From positions 64,001 to 128,000 of IMG/VR virus record IMGVR_UViG_3300046167_000924: 64,000 nucleotides of DNA; one strand, written 5' to 3'. Positions 50,024-60,138 of this stretch are shown here, in pieces. Each line of letters starts with the position of its first letter. Position 1 is the stretch's first letter. The notes under the pieces are model-generated. The model was not told where the DNA came from. It saw only the letters and a program-made list of their open reading frames with translations, and made no database searches. The position numbers were made by a program, and so were the translations under genes. Source of the DNA: a virus.

Positions 50024-50587
50024 TTATCTAAACTCTTTCCTCAATAGTCTCCACCTGTCAGAGTCGATGGGCTTGCTCCCCCCATCTATCGCATAAAGCA
50101 TTTCAACAATCTCTTCGACGTTATTGTATATATATTTATGAGGGAACATTCCCAGCATCCACAGCGGAGTTTTTGCTTTACCCCCTTCCATGCTAACGAA
50201 AACAGGTTTTTTCTCTCTTACTGCTGTAACAATTTCTTCTGCACTTCCCCAGCTCGCAACTTCGGGAACTAAGTGAGCTATTATAAAGTCGCTGCGATCA
50301 ACTAAATTTAAATCATACGCTCTGACTGTTTTCATTCTATCTGTGACTCTATCATACTGCTTCGTTCGCATCCAGGTTTCCATTTCTTCGCGAGAAGCTT
50401 CGTCTTCTTCAACATCCTTTATGAAAGGTTTTTTATAAGGGTCGAAGCAGGTGATTGAGAGAGGGCTTAATTTCTCAGAAACCTCTTCTCTCCAATTTCT
50501 TCCGCTCACATATTGCATGTGACCTACTAAGTAACAACTTGTTTTGTATAATAGATTTTCTTCTTTCATGTATTCAGTATACAACAT
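50024..50587 (-). CDS. nucleoside 2-deoxyribosyltransferase-like protein
   Basis: YLVGHMQ...WREEV...DLNLVDRSDFIIA...SWGSAEE. Confidence 0.7.
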   Translation of the reverse strand: MLYTEYMKEENLLYKTSCYLVGHMQYVSGRNWREEVSEKLSPLSITCFDPYKKPFIKDVEEDEASREEMETWMRTKQYDRVTDRMKTVRAYDLNLVDRSDFIIAHLVPEVASWGSAEEIVTAVREKKPVFVSMEGGKAKTPLWMLGMFPHKYIYNNVEEIVEMLYAIDGGSKPIDSDRWRLLRKEFR

Positions 50588-50607
50588 ACTGAATTGAAAG
50601 TCAAGCT

Positions 50608-52032
50608 TTATCTTATTGCGTGAGTGTGAACTTTATATCCAGCAGATATATTCGCTCCAAAAAGTATGTGGTAAGATGAAGCTGTAACTCCTGATATAAT
50701 ATATGGCACAATCGAATCTTGGGTGGTTTCAATAGAGGCAGATACCGACGGCGGAGCGGAAAAGGGGCTTGAGAATGTTATTTCATGAGCGCTGCTTCCT
50801 GCAGTTAAAAAAGAAACAAAAGACTGTGCTTCTGTTTTATGTATTGAAGATTCTCCCGTCGCTCTTGCTGTAGTTTGAAGTTGATAATTTGCATTCGGTA
50901 GGCTTGAGCCGAAATTTATATGATAATCTGTTTCCGAGACGCCTGAAATTATAAATGGAATAATTGGGCCGCCCGAATCATTCTGAAGAGTAATATTTAC
51001 AATTGGAGATTCGTCAAAAGTTTTTGGAAAATCAATTTTATGAGATTGAACTCCTTCTAATAGATTTGTAGAAAAAGATATTGGTTCATCTTGAGAATTT
51101 GGGGAAACTTTTTTCCATTCCCCGCCCACACCTGTGACATATAAGTTTTCTATATATGCGTCCCCAGAAACAGAGAGCTGTCCCATGGGCGAATCTGTGT
51201 TTATTCCCAAGAATCCATCGTTTGTAATTCTAACTTTTTCTTGAGAGTTGACATCAAAACTAATAAAGTCTTCGGCAGATTCAGATAATTTAACTTTAGT
51301 TGAACCTCCTGCTTGCAAGCTAATTTCATCTTCTGAAAATTGAATAAAAGTGTCGGCGTCTTGGTGGTGAATAATTTTTTCCCCAACATACAAGTCTTCT
51401 GTTATTTCTATATTACCGTCTATAAATGCATTTCCTGTTTGGTTGTAATCTCCAGAGAGAAACAGATTTCCTTGTGTGACAACTCCGTTTTTAAAGAATG
51501 AATTTCCTGTGATAGATAGATTTCCTCCTTCTATAGACGCACCTTTAATTGCCACATCTCCAAGGAAAGATATATCTCCTGTTGCTTCTATAGTTCCTTC
51601 AAAAAAAGAATCTCCAATAACATGCAAAGAATATTCGGGCTCATTTGTTTTATCTACAAATCCAGATCCAACTCCTATATTTTCAAACAAACCTGTTTGA
51701 CCTACGAAAATATTTCCACTAATATCTCCTGTTTGCGTGACATCGATAACTTGGTTGAGGTATATTGTGTCTTGAAATGTGCAAGTGTCTGCAAAAGTTT
51801 TGTGGCCGCTTATAATTTGCGTGCCTGTTAGTCCTACAGAATTTGAAACTAAAGACTGTTTTAGTTTTTTATAGGTTATTTTTTCATTTCTTACCCCTGA
51901 CCTTGCAACCAAAAATAATGCTTGATCATCAAAATTTCCTGTTGGTAATGTTGGCGCAATTGAAAATTGATCAATATTAGAATATAGCAGACTAACTTCT
52001 GGTAAATTTGATATTCTATTGTCCTTATTCAT
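50608..52032 (-). CDS. putative tail fibre/baseplate-associated protein
   Basis: Beta-helix-like ITG/ISGD repeats and two C-terminal F..P.V....IIPFIISGV...Y.I.FG domains; paralog of the adjacent gene. Confidence 0.6.
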   Translation of the reverse strand: MNKDNRISNLPEVSLLYSNIDQFSIAPTLPTGNFDDQALFLVARSGVRNEKITYKKLKQSLVSNSVGLTGTQIISGHKTFADTCTFQDTIYLNQVIDVTQTGDISGNIFVGQTGLFENIGVGSGFVDKTNEPEYSLHVIGDSFFEGTIEATGDISFLGDVAIKGASIEGGNLSITGNSFFKNGVVTQGNLFLSGDYNQTGNAFIDGNIEITEDLYVGEKIIHHQDADTFIQFSEDEISLQAGGSTKVKLSESAEDFISFDVNSQEKVRITNDGFLGINTDSPMGQLSVSGDAYIENLYVTGVGGEWKKVSPNSQDEPISFSTNLLEGVQSHKIDFPKTFDESPIVNITLQNDSGGPIIPFIISGVSETDYHINFGSSLPNANYQLQTTARATGESSIHKTEAQSFVSFLTAGSSAHEITFSSPFSAPPSVSASIETTQDSIVPYIISGVTASSYHILFGANISAGYKVHTHAIR

Positions 52033-52033
52033 T

Positions 52034-53473
52034 TTATGTTATAATTGAAGATGCTGCTCTAGAAGAAAAAGTGTGAATTTTATATTGAGAATTGATTTGT
52101 GCTCCGAATTTTATTGTATAATCGTTGGTATTTACACTAGATATTATATAAGGGACTATGGGAGATTCTGCTTCTATGGTTGTTGTAACCACAGGATTAA
52201 AGGCGAAGCTATTTGGGTAAGATATTGTATATTGCTGCTGACCCAAGGGCAAAGAGGTTGTGAATGTTTGCATGTGGCTTTGAGTATTATATGCAGAGCT
52301 CGAATTGGCAAAAACATTTGTATGAACAATGTAGTGCTGGCTAGTTGTTGCTTGACCCAATCTAATTTGATATTGTTTATCTGTGACGTCATATATAGCG
52401 AAAGGTATTATTACTTCTCCGTTTGAATTTTCTATTCTAATTGATAAAACTGGTTTGTCTTGGTATGTTCTTGGTAGTGCGATTGTATATTCCGACACAC
52501 CTTGCGGTAGTCTGGTTTTAAAACCTAAAGGTTTGTCTGCAGAAGAGTATAGCTTTCCAAAATTATTATAACCTTTTATATAAACACTTTCAATATAAGA
52601 ATTATTTCCTACGGACAGATTTCCTGTTTCTAGATTTGTGCCTATTTTAAGGTCTATGTTATCATTTATAGATATATTATTTTGATTATTTGTAACAAAA
52701 GATATTTCGTTTATATTATCATCTATAATTATTTTATTTTCTGTGCCTGCTGATAATGTAATTGAATTTCCTGTATATATTATATTAGAATCTACATCTT
52801 GAAGGTGATAAATATTTTCTACTCCTGTAATGTTGGAATAAACCGATAAATCTCCGTCTATATTCATGTCTCCAGTTTGAACAAAGTCTCCTGAATGTAG
52901 CGCTTGCCCTACTGTATATATGTCTTCATCGAAAGAAGCTGTACCTGTAGAAATTAATTCTGCAGCTATAATGTTATTATTTAAATTTAAGGTTCCTTGA
53001 AATAAGAAATCGCCAGAAATTGTAAAACTTCCATCGAAGAGAGTCGAGCCAGAAACATTTAACGCAAAAGACGGATCTGCTTGTTCTTGGAATTCTGGGG
53101 TGCCAATAGTTAAATTATCAAACAAACCAGATTCTCCGACAAAAACATAACCGCTAATGTCTCCCGTTTGGGTGATATCTAGCGTTTTATTTAATCTTGT
53201 TTCTCCTTGAAAAGTACAAGGGTCTGTAAAAGTTTTATGCCCGCTTATTAATTGAGCTCCCGTTAGATAGAGCAGGTTGTCTATAACGGATTTTTTAAAG
53301 TTAGGTAAGGATATTTTCTCATTATGAGATCTAGCTCTAGCTATCATTAAGAATGCATCGTTGTCCGAGTCGCTGATATTTGACTCGCCACTATTGTACA
53401 ATGTATTAAGTTGGAAATGCTCCGAAAATAATGCATCGCATTCGTTTAAATCTGAAATTCTATTATTAGGCAT
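52034..53473 (-). CDS. putative tail fibre/baseplate-associated protein (paralog)
   Basis: Shares NRISxL, NEKI, LTGxQxISGHKTF and DxTQTGDISG with 50608-52032; likely start MPNNRIS. Confidence 0.6.
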   Translation of the reverse strand: MPNNRISDLNECDALFSEHFQLNTLYNSGESNISDSDNDAFLMIARARSHNEKISLPNFKKSVIDNLLYLTGAQLISGHKTFTDPCTFQGETRLNKTLDITQTGDISGYVFVGESGLFDNLTIGTPEFQEQADPSFALNVSGSTLFDGSFTISGDFLFQGTLNLNNNIIAAELISTGTASFDEDIYTVGQALHSGDFVQTGDMNIDGDLSVYSNITGVENIYHLQDVDSNIIYTGNSITLSAGTENKIIIDDNINEISFVTNNQNNISINDNIDLKIGTNLETGNLSVGNNSYIESVYIKGYNNFGKLYSSADKPLGFKTRLPQGVSEYTIALPRTYQDKPVLSIRIENSNGEVIIPFAIYDVTDKQYQIRLGQATTSQHYIVHTNVFANSSSAYNTQSHMQTFTTSLPLGQQQYTISYPNSFAFNPVVTTTIEAESPIVPYIISSVNTNDYTIKFGAQINSQYKIHTFSSRAASSIIT

Positions 53474-53523
53474 AGCAGGCAATGTTTATTACACATAAAT
53501 GATAGAAATAGTGTAATCATCTT

Positions 53524-54642
53524 TTGATGACCCAATCAATTATTAATCGACTAACTTATGAGCGAATAGGTATTCTGTTAACAGATTCTCCAGCTTATAA
53601 AACTTCTGGGAGTATTTTCCATAATTTAACAAGAGTTCAAGATATAAACTATAGCTTTGCTCATCAATTAATTGATATTAAATCCGTAGGCTCTGACAAA
53701 CTGATGAAGAAGGATCAGGAGTCTCCGATGGTGCGCCAGCCAGAAGTTAATGTAGATATAAATTATTTATTTTCTCAATCTAAAAATGAAGAAAAAATTG
53801 GTTTATATGTTGGTGCTGATTATAGTGTTTTAAAAAATTTCTTTTCTAGTCAGACTGATGATATAAATATAATAATTGCATCTTCAAGAAACTCTGGAAA
53901 CGAAGATATTAATTTTCTTACAAATTTTTATGACTTTAATGTGGTTGGTGTTGGTAATTGTTTTTTAAGTAATTTTAGATACCAAGCTTCTGTTGGTCAG
54001 TTGCCTACTGTAGCAATAAGCTACAAGGGCAGCAATATGAAATTTGATCAATATGATCCTGCAAACAAACCCACTCTTCCAGCAATACAGCTCGGAATGA
54101 ATAATCAGGATTCGCAAGAAGAAATAACCCTAAATCAAGATAAATTTGGAGACGGTCTATCAGAGCAAGTTTCATCAATCGCCCCAGCAAATATATCAAT
54201 AGACATAACTAAAAAAAGCGGTAGTCACGGAGGTTCTCCAATAGAATCTGTTCATGCGGCGATTCAAAATATTAATATCGACCTACCTATTGAGCGGCAA
54301 GATATTTATGGATTTGGAAGCAATTATGTATTTGACAGAAAAATAAAACTTCCTATTATTGGGCAAACATCAATAGATATGATTTTAAGGGAGTATAGCT
54401 CTGGTGAAATTGACTCTTTTTTTCAACAAGGTGCAATATACGATATCACTATAACGCATTTAGATAGAAAATTTGTCGAGGGGTCTGAAGTTATAACCGC
54501 GCCCAATACAATTTTTAAAATAGAAGGCGCTCAATTAAGAGAGCAGGCCTTTCAGTCTTCTATAGGAGACTCAACCATGGTTAGCACCAACCTCTCATTT
54601 GAGGTTGGTGAAAAAGAAGGCTTGAAGTTATATACTGCTTAA
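53524..54642 (+). CDS. tail-tube-like structural protein (paralog of 54646-55926)
   Basis: RVQDINYSF, PEVNVDINY and IQNINIDLPIER align with RVQSANYSF, PTVNLDFSY and IQSFSIDVPISR. Confidence 0.55.
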   Translation: MMTQSIINRLTYERIGILLTDSPAYKTSGSIFHNLTRVQDINYSFAHQLIDIKSVGSDKLMKKDQESPMVRQPEVNVDINYLFSQSKNEEKIGLYVGADYSVLKNFFSSQTDDINIIIASSRNSGNEDINFLTNFYDFNVVGVGNCFLSNFRYQASVGQLPTVAISYKGSNMKFDQYDPANKPTLPAIQLGMNNQDSQEEITLNQDKFGDGLSEQVSSIAPANISIDITKKSGSHGGSPIESVHAAIQNINIDLPIERQDIYGFGSNYVFDRKIKLPIIGQTSIDMILREYSSGEIDSFFQQGAIYDITITHLDRKFVEGSEVITAPNTIFKIEGAQLREQAFQSSIGDSTMVSTNLSFEVGEKEGLKLYTA

Positions 54643-54645
54643 GTA

Positions 54646-55926
54646 TTAAGCGAAAGTATCTTCTATATTTAAAGCATTTCTTGAGCCAGAAATAAATATT
54701 CCTCTTGCGAGATCTTCTGGGCCACCTAGTTGAGCTGTAAATGTTAAATCTACACTCTTGTTGTCGCCAATTGAAGAACTGAAAGATTCACCTTCTAACT
54801 GTGCAGCACCAACGCGGTATTGCATAGCAATCGCTCCAGTTCCATATTGGTCTGGCTCTCTGAGGGTGAAAACTAAATCATGCTCTTCTTGATCAAATAA
54901 AATGTCTGTAACATTCCCAGCTTTAAGTTCTGATAAAATAGCGCTAACCGAAACGCTGATATTTACTGGAAAGTCTACAACTTTACTGTACCCATAACTA
55001 TTTCCTAACCTTTGGAGGGTAGTTCTTGAGATCGGCACGTCGATACTAAAGCTTTGAATGTGGGCAGAACCCGAACCTTCGTAATCTTGCCAAGGCTCTT
55101 TTGATGGAAGGAGTTCAAATCCCCCAGCTCTTCCGTGACCAAGAGACATACTAATGTCTCCTGGGCGAAGACAAGATATTCCTTCGTCTGTGTCTGATGT
55201 TGGAACATCTGTCACTCCACTTATTGCATCAGGTACTGAAAACTCTATACCATCAATAGGTGTTCCAAACTGAGTGTTAATCGCTGGAGTGTCTAAATTG
55301 TCGCTTCCTATATAACTTTGAAGATTAAGCCCTTCGATTGTAACGCTGGCTGTAGGCATACTTCCGACAGAAGCTTCCATTGAGTAATTTGTTACATAAC
55401 CGTTTCCTAATGCGATTACGTTCTTTTCGCTAGAGGCGCTGGAATTTCCTACTGCATCACTTCCTTGGGGAGTTGTTAATATAAAGAAATTATGTCCATC
55501 TGGATTTGCGTTTGAGGTCGCACCACCCAAGAGCACTTCGGGTGGGAATGCACTGTTTTGACCGTCAACATTCATTCCTAAGATTTTTTCGTTCACTCCA
55601 TTTGTCAAGTAGTACGAAAAGTCTAAATTAACTGTTGGGGGATCGATTGCTACTGAATCGATTCTTGCGAGCTGACCAAATTGATTAACGTCTTGCCTAT
55701 TAATTGTAAAACTATAGTTTGCGCTTTGAACTCTTCTGAGTTGTTGAATTCCGTTTTTTACGTCTCCGCCTCCCGCTGCAAGGGTTGTAGCTTCTCCATG
55801 TGTTGCTACTCCAGAATAACCTGCAGAATTTAGACCTGAAACTGTGAAGTGATACCCAGTGGCATCAACTGTTCCCGCGTATAACGCTTCGCTTTGATAA
55901 ATTACTCGTGCTCTTGAATTTGACAT
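54646..55926 (-). CDS. putative major tail tube protein
   Basis: Gly/Ser/Thr-rich beta protein located between neck-type genes and the chaperone/tape-measure genes. Confidence 0.6.
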   Translation of the reverse strand: MSNSRARVIYQSEALYAGTVDATGYHFTVSGLNSAGYSGVATHGEATTLAAGGGDVKNGIQQLRRVQSANYSFTINRQDVNQFGQLARIDSVAIDPPTVNLDFSYYLTNGVNEKILGMNVDGQNSAFPPEVLLGGATSNANPDGHNFFILTTPQGSDAVGNSSASSEKNVIALGNGYVTNYSMEASVGSMPTASVTIEGLNLQSYIGSDNLDTPAINTQFGTPIDGIEFSVPDAISGVTDVPTSDTDEGISCLRPGDISMSLGHGRAGGFELLPSKEPWQDYEGSGSAHIQSFSIDVPISRTTLQRLGNSYGYSKVVDFPVNISVSVSAILSELKAGNVTDILFDQEEHDLVFTLREPDQYGTGAIAMQYRVGAAQLEGESFSSSIGDNKSVDLTFTAQLGGPEDLARGIFISGSRNALNIEDTFA

Positions 55927-55991
55927 AATATTGAAATGATAGGATTAATTTCTGTTGTAAGTTACATTTTTTATACAGGAAAGGGAAATTT

Positions 55992-56840
55992 TTATGATCT
56001 TGGAAATCTTAGATTTGTTATTTCAAAATCAATAAAACCAACAAAAAGAGAGGCATCTACATTTTTACTCACTCTGTCGCTTAATTTAGAGGCTCTCGCT
56101 TCTTCTATATGAAAAAAGTTATTTGCTTTGCTATTTACCAAGTCTTTATAATTAAATCCTGTAATATCTCCGTATTCTGTGAGCGGGTAATCCGAATAGT
56201 CTAATTTTTTAAAAACTTCGTTTTTGGAGTCTGTGAAAGCTGATAGCGCTCCATCTAGTTGGTATGTATTCTCAGCAAAAACAACGCATCTTATATTTGT
56301 TGTTGTTTTATCTTCCCCTCCGAATGCAAATGGTTCGTTTTCAATCAATTCTGGGTTTACAAAAATAGCTGGAATAACTTGAGTGTGTGGCGCTATTCCT
56401 GATAAATCTTGCTTGAATCTTCCGTTGGAGTCGAATTTGCTTTCTATTATCAATTGCTCTTCTGTTTGGTTTGTGATGTACCAATTAAATTCTTTTACTG
56501 AATATTGTCCGCTAAGTGTTGTATTATTTGCGCCGAATGATGAGTCAAGAATAACTCTACCGTCATCAAAGTCAAGTATCAATCCATTATCTCCTCTTTC
56601 TAGCCTCGCTCCATTATTGTAAATACCGCTTGGAATATTGGCCCCATCAATGCTTTCGTCAAATACCCACTGTTTGTGAGGGCTACTATATGTTACAAAT
56701 GCATCTCCAAGTTGGTCGTCAACACCCATAGGATATAATGGTGATACATAATTTTGAAAAGCTTCAGCCTTGTCTGTAATAAAATTATCCGCCCACAGCA
56801 TAAAGCTTGTCGTTAGTTCGTGTTGGAATTGCGGTTTCAT
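55992..56840 (-). CDS. putative tail completion/neck protein
   Basis: Position in the tail module; no diagnostic motif. Confidence 0.45.
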   Translation of the reverse strand: MKPQFQHELTTSFMLWADNFITDKAEAFQNYVSPLYPMGVDDQLGDAFVTYSSPHKQWVFDESIDGANIPSGIYNNGARLERGDNGLILDFDDGRVILDSSFGANNTTLSGQYSVKEFNWYITNQTEEQLIIESKFDSNGRFKQDLSGIAPHTQVIPAIFVNPELIENEPFAFGGEDKTTTNIRCVVFAENTYQLDGALSAFTDSKNEVFKKLDYSDYPLTEYGDITGFNYKDLVNSKANNFFHIEEARASKLSDRVSKNVDASLFVGFIDFEITNLRFPRS

Positions 56841-57463
56841 TAAAAATAAGACTTGGACACTCTTGACGCGTCAATTGAATTTAAATTTGTTTCGAATTTA
56901 GATAGTAACTCTTTTACGTAAGAAATTCTAACTCTTCCGCCTTCTGGTCGACTTGTGTTTTGAAAACCCGCTCCAGATCTACTCGAATTAATTGTTTTGT
57001 GCATATATTGTCCAAGGTTAGGTATTCCCCTACTTTCTAATTCCTGAAGCCAGCTTGAGCCTGTTGCCCAAGGCATTGGTGTTGCGGCATATATATCTCT
57101 GCTTGAAGGCGCAGTAATAATATAAGTCCAAATAAAACCGCTTTTTCCCATTTGTCTTCTTTTTGTTATAATTTCTATATTACTTAATAATTTTTCTAAA
57201 TTTTTTATTGGATCTTCTCCTCTATCAAATCCTATAAATCCAAATAAATTGCCCTGCGGTAGTGATCCTGTTATGTTTGAGCTTCCTGATCCACCTTTTA
57301 ATTCTCTTGTAACTGGATGCGATTCGAATTCGCTGATAAATTTTTTATGAACAATATTAAATTGTTGTTGTATTATTTGGTGACCCTGGGAAATGAGTTG
57401 TCGATCTTTCGCAACTTGACTTCTAATTGAGTTTCTTAGCGATCTACTGAGTGGACTGGCCAT
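56840..57463 (-). CDS. putative virion morphogenesis protein
   Basis: HPVTREL...NLFGFIGF; synteny. Confidence 0.45.
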   Translation of the reverse strand: MASPLSRSLRNSIRSQVAKDRQLISQGHQIIQQQFNIVHKKFISEFESHPVTRELKGGSGSSNITGSLPQGNLFGFIGFDRGEDPIKNLEKLLSNIEIITKRRQMGKSGFIWTYIITAPSSRDIYAATPMPWATGSSWLQELESRGIPNLGQYMHKTINSSRSGAGFQNTSRPEGGRVRISYVKELLSKFETNLNSIDASRVSKSYF

Positions 57464-57923
57464 TTGTCTCGATTGGTCTAAGAAATAAAGTTACAAACTG
57501 AATAACATCAAATAATCCATGAGGTCTTGGGTCGGACTCTATGTGAAACATTCTTCCGTCAAACTCCATTCTTTTTGCAGACTTTATGTATTCATAATCT
57601 TCGATTTTTAGTTTTATTCGAACCATACTATTTGGGTCAGGTCGATTAACCTTAACTTGAGTATCGGTTTCTCCAAAGTATTCTAAACTTCTGTCTGTGT
57701 CGTAACGAATTCTAGCTTTAAAAACTTTGCGAACTGGTACATTTTGAACATTAGGAGTTGTGCTTCCAGCGTTCCTATATAAATAGTTGTAAGATGGGTC
57801 TGTACTAACAATAACCTTTTGGGCTTCTTTATATACAATAATATCTCTTCCAAAAGTATCGTGAAGATCTAATAAGTTTGCTGCAATGCTTGCGCGCTCA
57901 GAGGATGAAAGAAATTCTGCCAT
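57444..57923 (-). CDS. putative head-tail adaptor/closure protein (start MAEFL)
   Basis: Beta-rich ORF; GTGTAA 14 nt upstream of ATG 57923. Confidence 0.5.
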   Translation of the reverse strand: MAEFLSSSERASIAANLLDLHDTFGRDIIVYKEAQKVIVSTDPSYNYLYRNAGSTTPNVQNVPVRKVFKARIRYDTDRSLEYFGETDTQVKVNRPDPNSMVRIKLKIEDYEYIKSAKRMEFDGRMFHIESDPRPHGLFDVIQFVTLFLRPIETNGQSTQ

Positions 57924-57995
57924 GCATCCTTTTACACTAAACAATATTTTTTGTGTATAGATTTATAAGGTATAAGGATTTACAACTAATAATAT

Positions 57996-58283
57996 ATGGA
58001 CGCAGAAAACATTTTCAAAAAATGTTATCACAGGAATACGGTTTCCCTCTTTAAGGGTTTCCTCGTTATGCTTGAGGATTTACATAAAGAACATCAAATT
58101 AATTTTGATAAATTAAAAACGCATCTTCCTGAAGGTTGTTTACCTATCGTAGATCAAGCTGATTACTTCGATGAAGAAAAATTACAATATCTAAGAAAAA
58201 GGACTTTAGATATAGGTAACGAAACAATTAGAAATATCGAAGGAGAATTAGATAATTATACTATAGAGTTTACATTTAAATAA
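57996..58283 (+). CDS. hypothetical protein
   Basis: Divergent from the previous gene; GTGTAT upstream. Confidence 0.7.
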   Translation: MDAENIFKKCYHRNTVSLFKGFLVMLEDLHKEHQINFDKLKTHLPEGCLPIVDQADYFDEEKLQYLRKRTLDIGNETIRNIEGELDNYTIEFTFK

Positions 58284-58291
58284 TAATTATT

Positions 58292-59107
58292 ATGGCAGAA
58301 GCAACAATAGAAACACAAACAATGGATGATACTCGCAAAAAGCTGCGAGAAATTTATAGCTTTACTTTTGAGAAAACAGAAAAAGTAAAAAGAACCGAAA
58401 CGAATACAGTCAAGAACGAAGAGACTGGTGAATCAGAGGAAATCACTGTAACAAAAGAAGTTTCTGAAGCTATTCCTTATAGGGTTGTAATGAAGCAACC
58501 TACGCGCCGCCAAATCGAAGAAGCAGAGCTTGAGTTTAGCGTTGAAATGAGTAATTGTATTAAGAAGGGAATTCTAACAAAAGCAATGCTCGCAAAAAAA
58601 TATAGCGACACAGGTGGACTTCTTGCTGAAGAAGACGCAAAGGCTTTAACAAAAATGTATGTAAACTACGGCGAACTTTCTCAAGAGAGCGAAAAAATTC
58701 AAATCAAAAGCGTTCAAACTGAAAAAGATGAAGCTCGTCTCAAAGAAATTTCTGGCGAGATTGCTATTTTAAGAAAAGATATTGTTAATGTTGAAACATC
58801 ATATTCTAATTTATTTAATCATACTGCTGATGTACGAGCTGAGAATAAAGTTATTCAATGGTATATATTGCATCTTACTTTTATACAGAAAGACGCCGAA
58901 GATGATTTGGATCCATTGTTTGAAGGAAATGATTTTGAGCAAAAGCTGCAAACATATTATGATCTAGAAGAACAGGGTAGTGACTTGTATGATTTGGTTG
59001 GCGGAAAAATTGCAGCACTATTTAGTTTCTGGTATTACAGTTCTGGCGCAGTATCAACCGCTGACTTCGAAAAGCTTGACAACGACATCGAAGAAGGTAA
59101 TGTTTAA
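58292..59107 (+). CDS. putative tail assembly chaperone
   Basis: Acidic helical protein two genes upstream of the tape measure gene. Confidence 0.5.
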   Translation: MAEATIETQTMDDTRKKLREIYSFTFEKTEKVKRTETNTVKNEETGESEEITVTKEVSEAIPYRVVMKQPTRRQIEEAELEFSVEMSNCIKKGILTKAMLAKKYSDTGGLLAEEDAKALTKMYVNYGELSQESEKIQIKSVQTEKDEARLKEISGEIAILRKDIVNVETSYSNLFNHTADVRAENKVIQWYILHLTFIQKDAEDDLDPLFEGNDFEQKLQTYYDLEEQGSDLYDLVGGKIAALFSFWYYSSGAVSTADFEKLDNDIEEGNV

Positions 59108-59112
59108 TATGC

Positions 59113-60099
59113 GTGGAAACTGTCAAGCGCAGAAAGATATTTAGAGATATAGTTCGTGGTTATTCAACCACAACACTAGAAGAGGATTTTGTATATATCA
59201 AACATCTAACTCCTCATGATCAAGTAGAACTTGAGGAGATCGAAGAAAAGTATCATAATATAGCACTTCGCAGGGGTGTGCCCACCGAAGAAGATATGCT
59301 GGTGTTCCTAAAAGAGGAAGATCAGTGGAAAGATTCTGACGATAAATTTATTGAAGATAAAACATATTTTCTTGAGACTTTAAAAACTGCAAAAACTAAA
59401 ATGGTTCTTAAGCGCCAGATAGATAAGCAGGATGAATTGATTCTTGAGGAAACAATAGCTTTACATAAAAAACAAAACGAAAAAGCCTCGCTCTTGGGTA
59501 ACACTTGTGAGAAATATGCACGCGATAGATTAAATGATTTTTATATGATTCGCAGTTTTTATGAAGATAAAGATTTAACCACCCCTCTATTTGATGAGCA
59601 GAAATTTGATGAACTCGAAAATCATGATATTAAAAAAGTTGTTCTTCGATACAATGAATTATTCGAAGCATTTAATGAAGAAAATGTACAATATACTATA
59701 TTAGAAGAATTTTATAATCCATATCTTAGTTTTGCTGAAGATAGTATGCAGTTTTATGGAAAACCATTTTGTAATTTAACATATAATCAAATAAGATTAA
59801 TTGTATATACTAGAGTATTTAAAAATATATTTGACTCAAATGAAAATATACCAGATAATATAAGAAAAGATCCCGCGAAATTGTTAGAGTTTGGCAGTAG
59901 CTCAAGAGAGGAGAGGGACAAGGCGAAAGATAAATTATCAAAAGGTGATGCAAGTACATTGGTTGGTGCAAAAGATGAAGATTATGAATACCTTGGAATA
60001 CAAAAACCGCAGGGTGGAAAAGATCTAGACGAAGAGACTAGAAAAAAAGGTGGTAAGTTAAATATGCAAGATTTAATGAAATTGCATGGCGTAGGATAA
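59113..60099 (+). CDS. putative second tail assembly chaperone
   Basis: Acidic helical protein immediately upstream of the tape measure gene. Confidence 0.5.
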   Translation: METVKRRKIFRDIVRGYSTTTLEEDFVYIKHLTPHDQVELEEIEEKYHNIALRRGVPTEEDMLVFLKEEDQWKDSDDKFIEDKTYFLETLKTAKTKMVLKRQIDKQDELILEETIALHKKQNEKASLLGNTCEKYARDRLNDFYMIRSFYEDKDLTTPLFDEQKFDELENHDIKKVVLRYNELFEAFNEENVQYTILEEFYNPYLSFAEDSMQFYGKPFCNLTYNQIRLIVYTRVFKNIFDSNENIPDNIRKDPAKLLEFGSSSREERDKAKDKLSKGDASTLVGAKDEDYEYLGIQKPQGGKDLDEETRKKGGKLNMQDLMKLHGVG

Positions 60100-60138
60100 T
60101 TTTAGTGTATTATTACCTTGAATAAGGAATAAGGTAAT

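Noticed and set aside
59041-59130. Programmed frameshift between the tail chaperone genes
   Set aside because: The downstream frame has a stop at 59098, leaving almost no overlap, and there is no slippery heptamer there.
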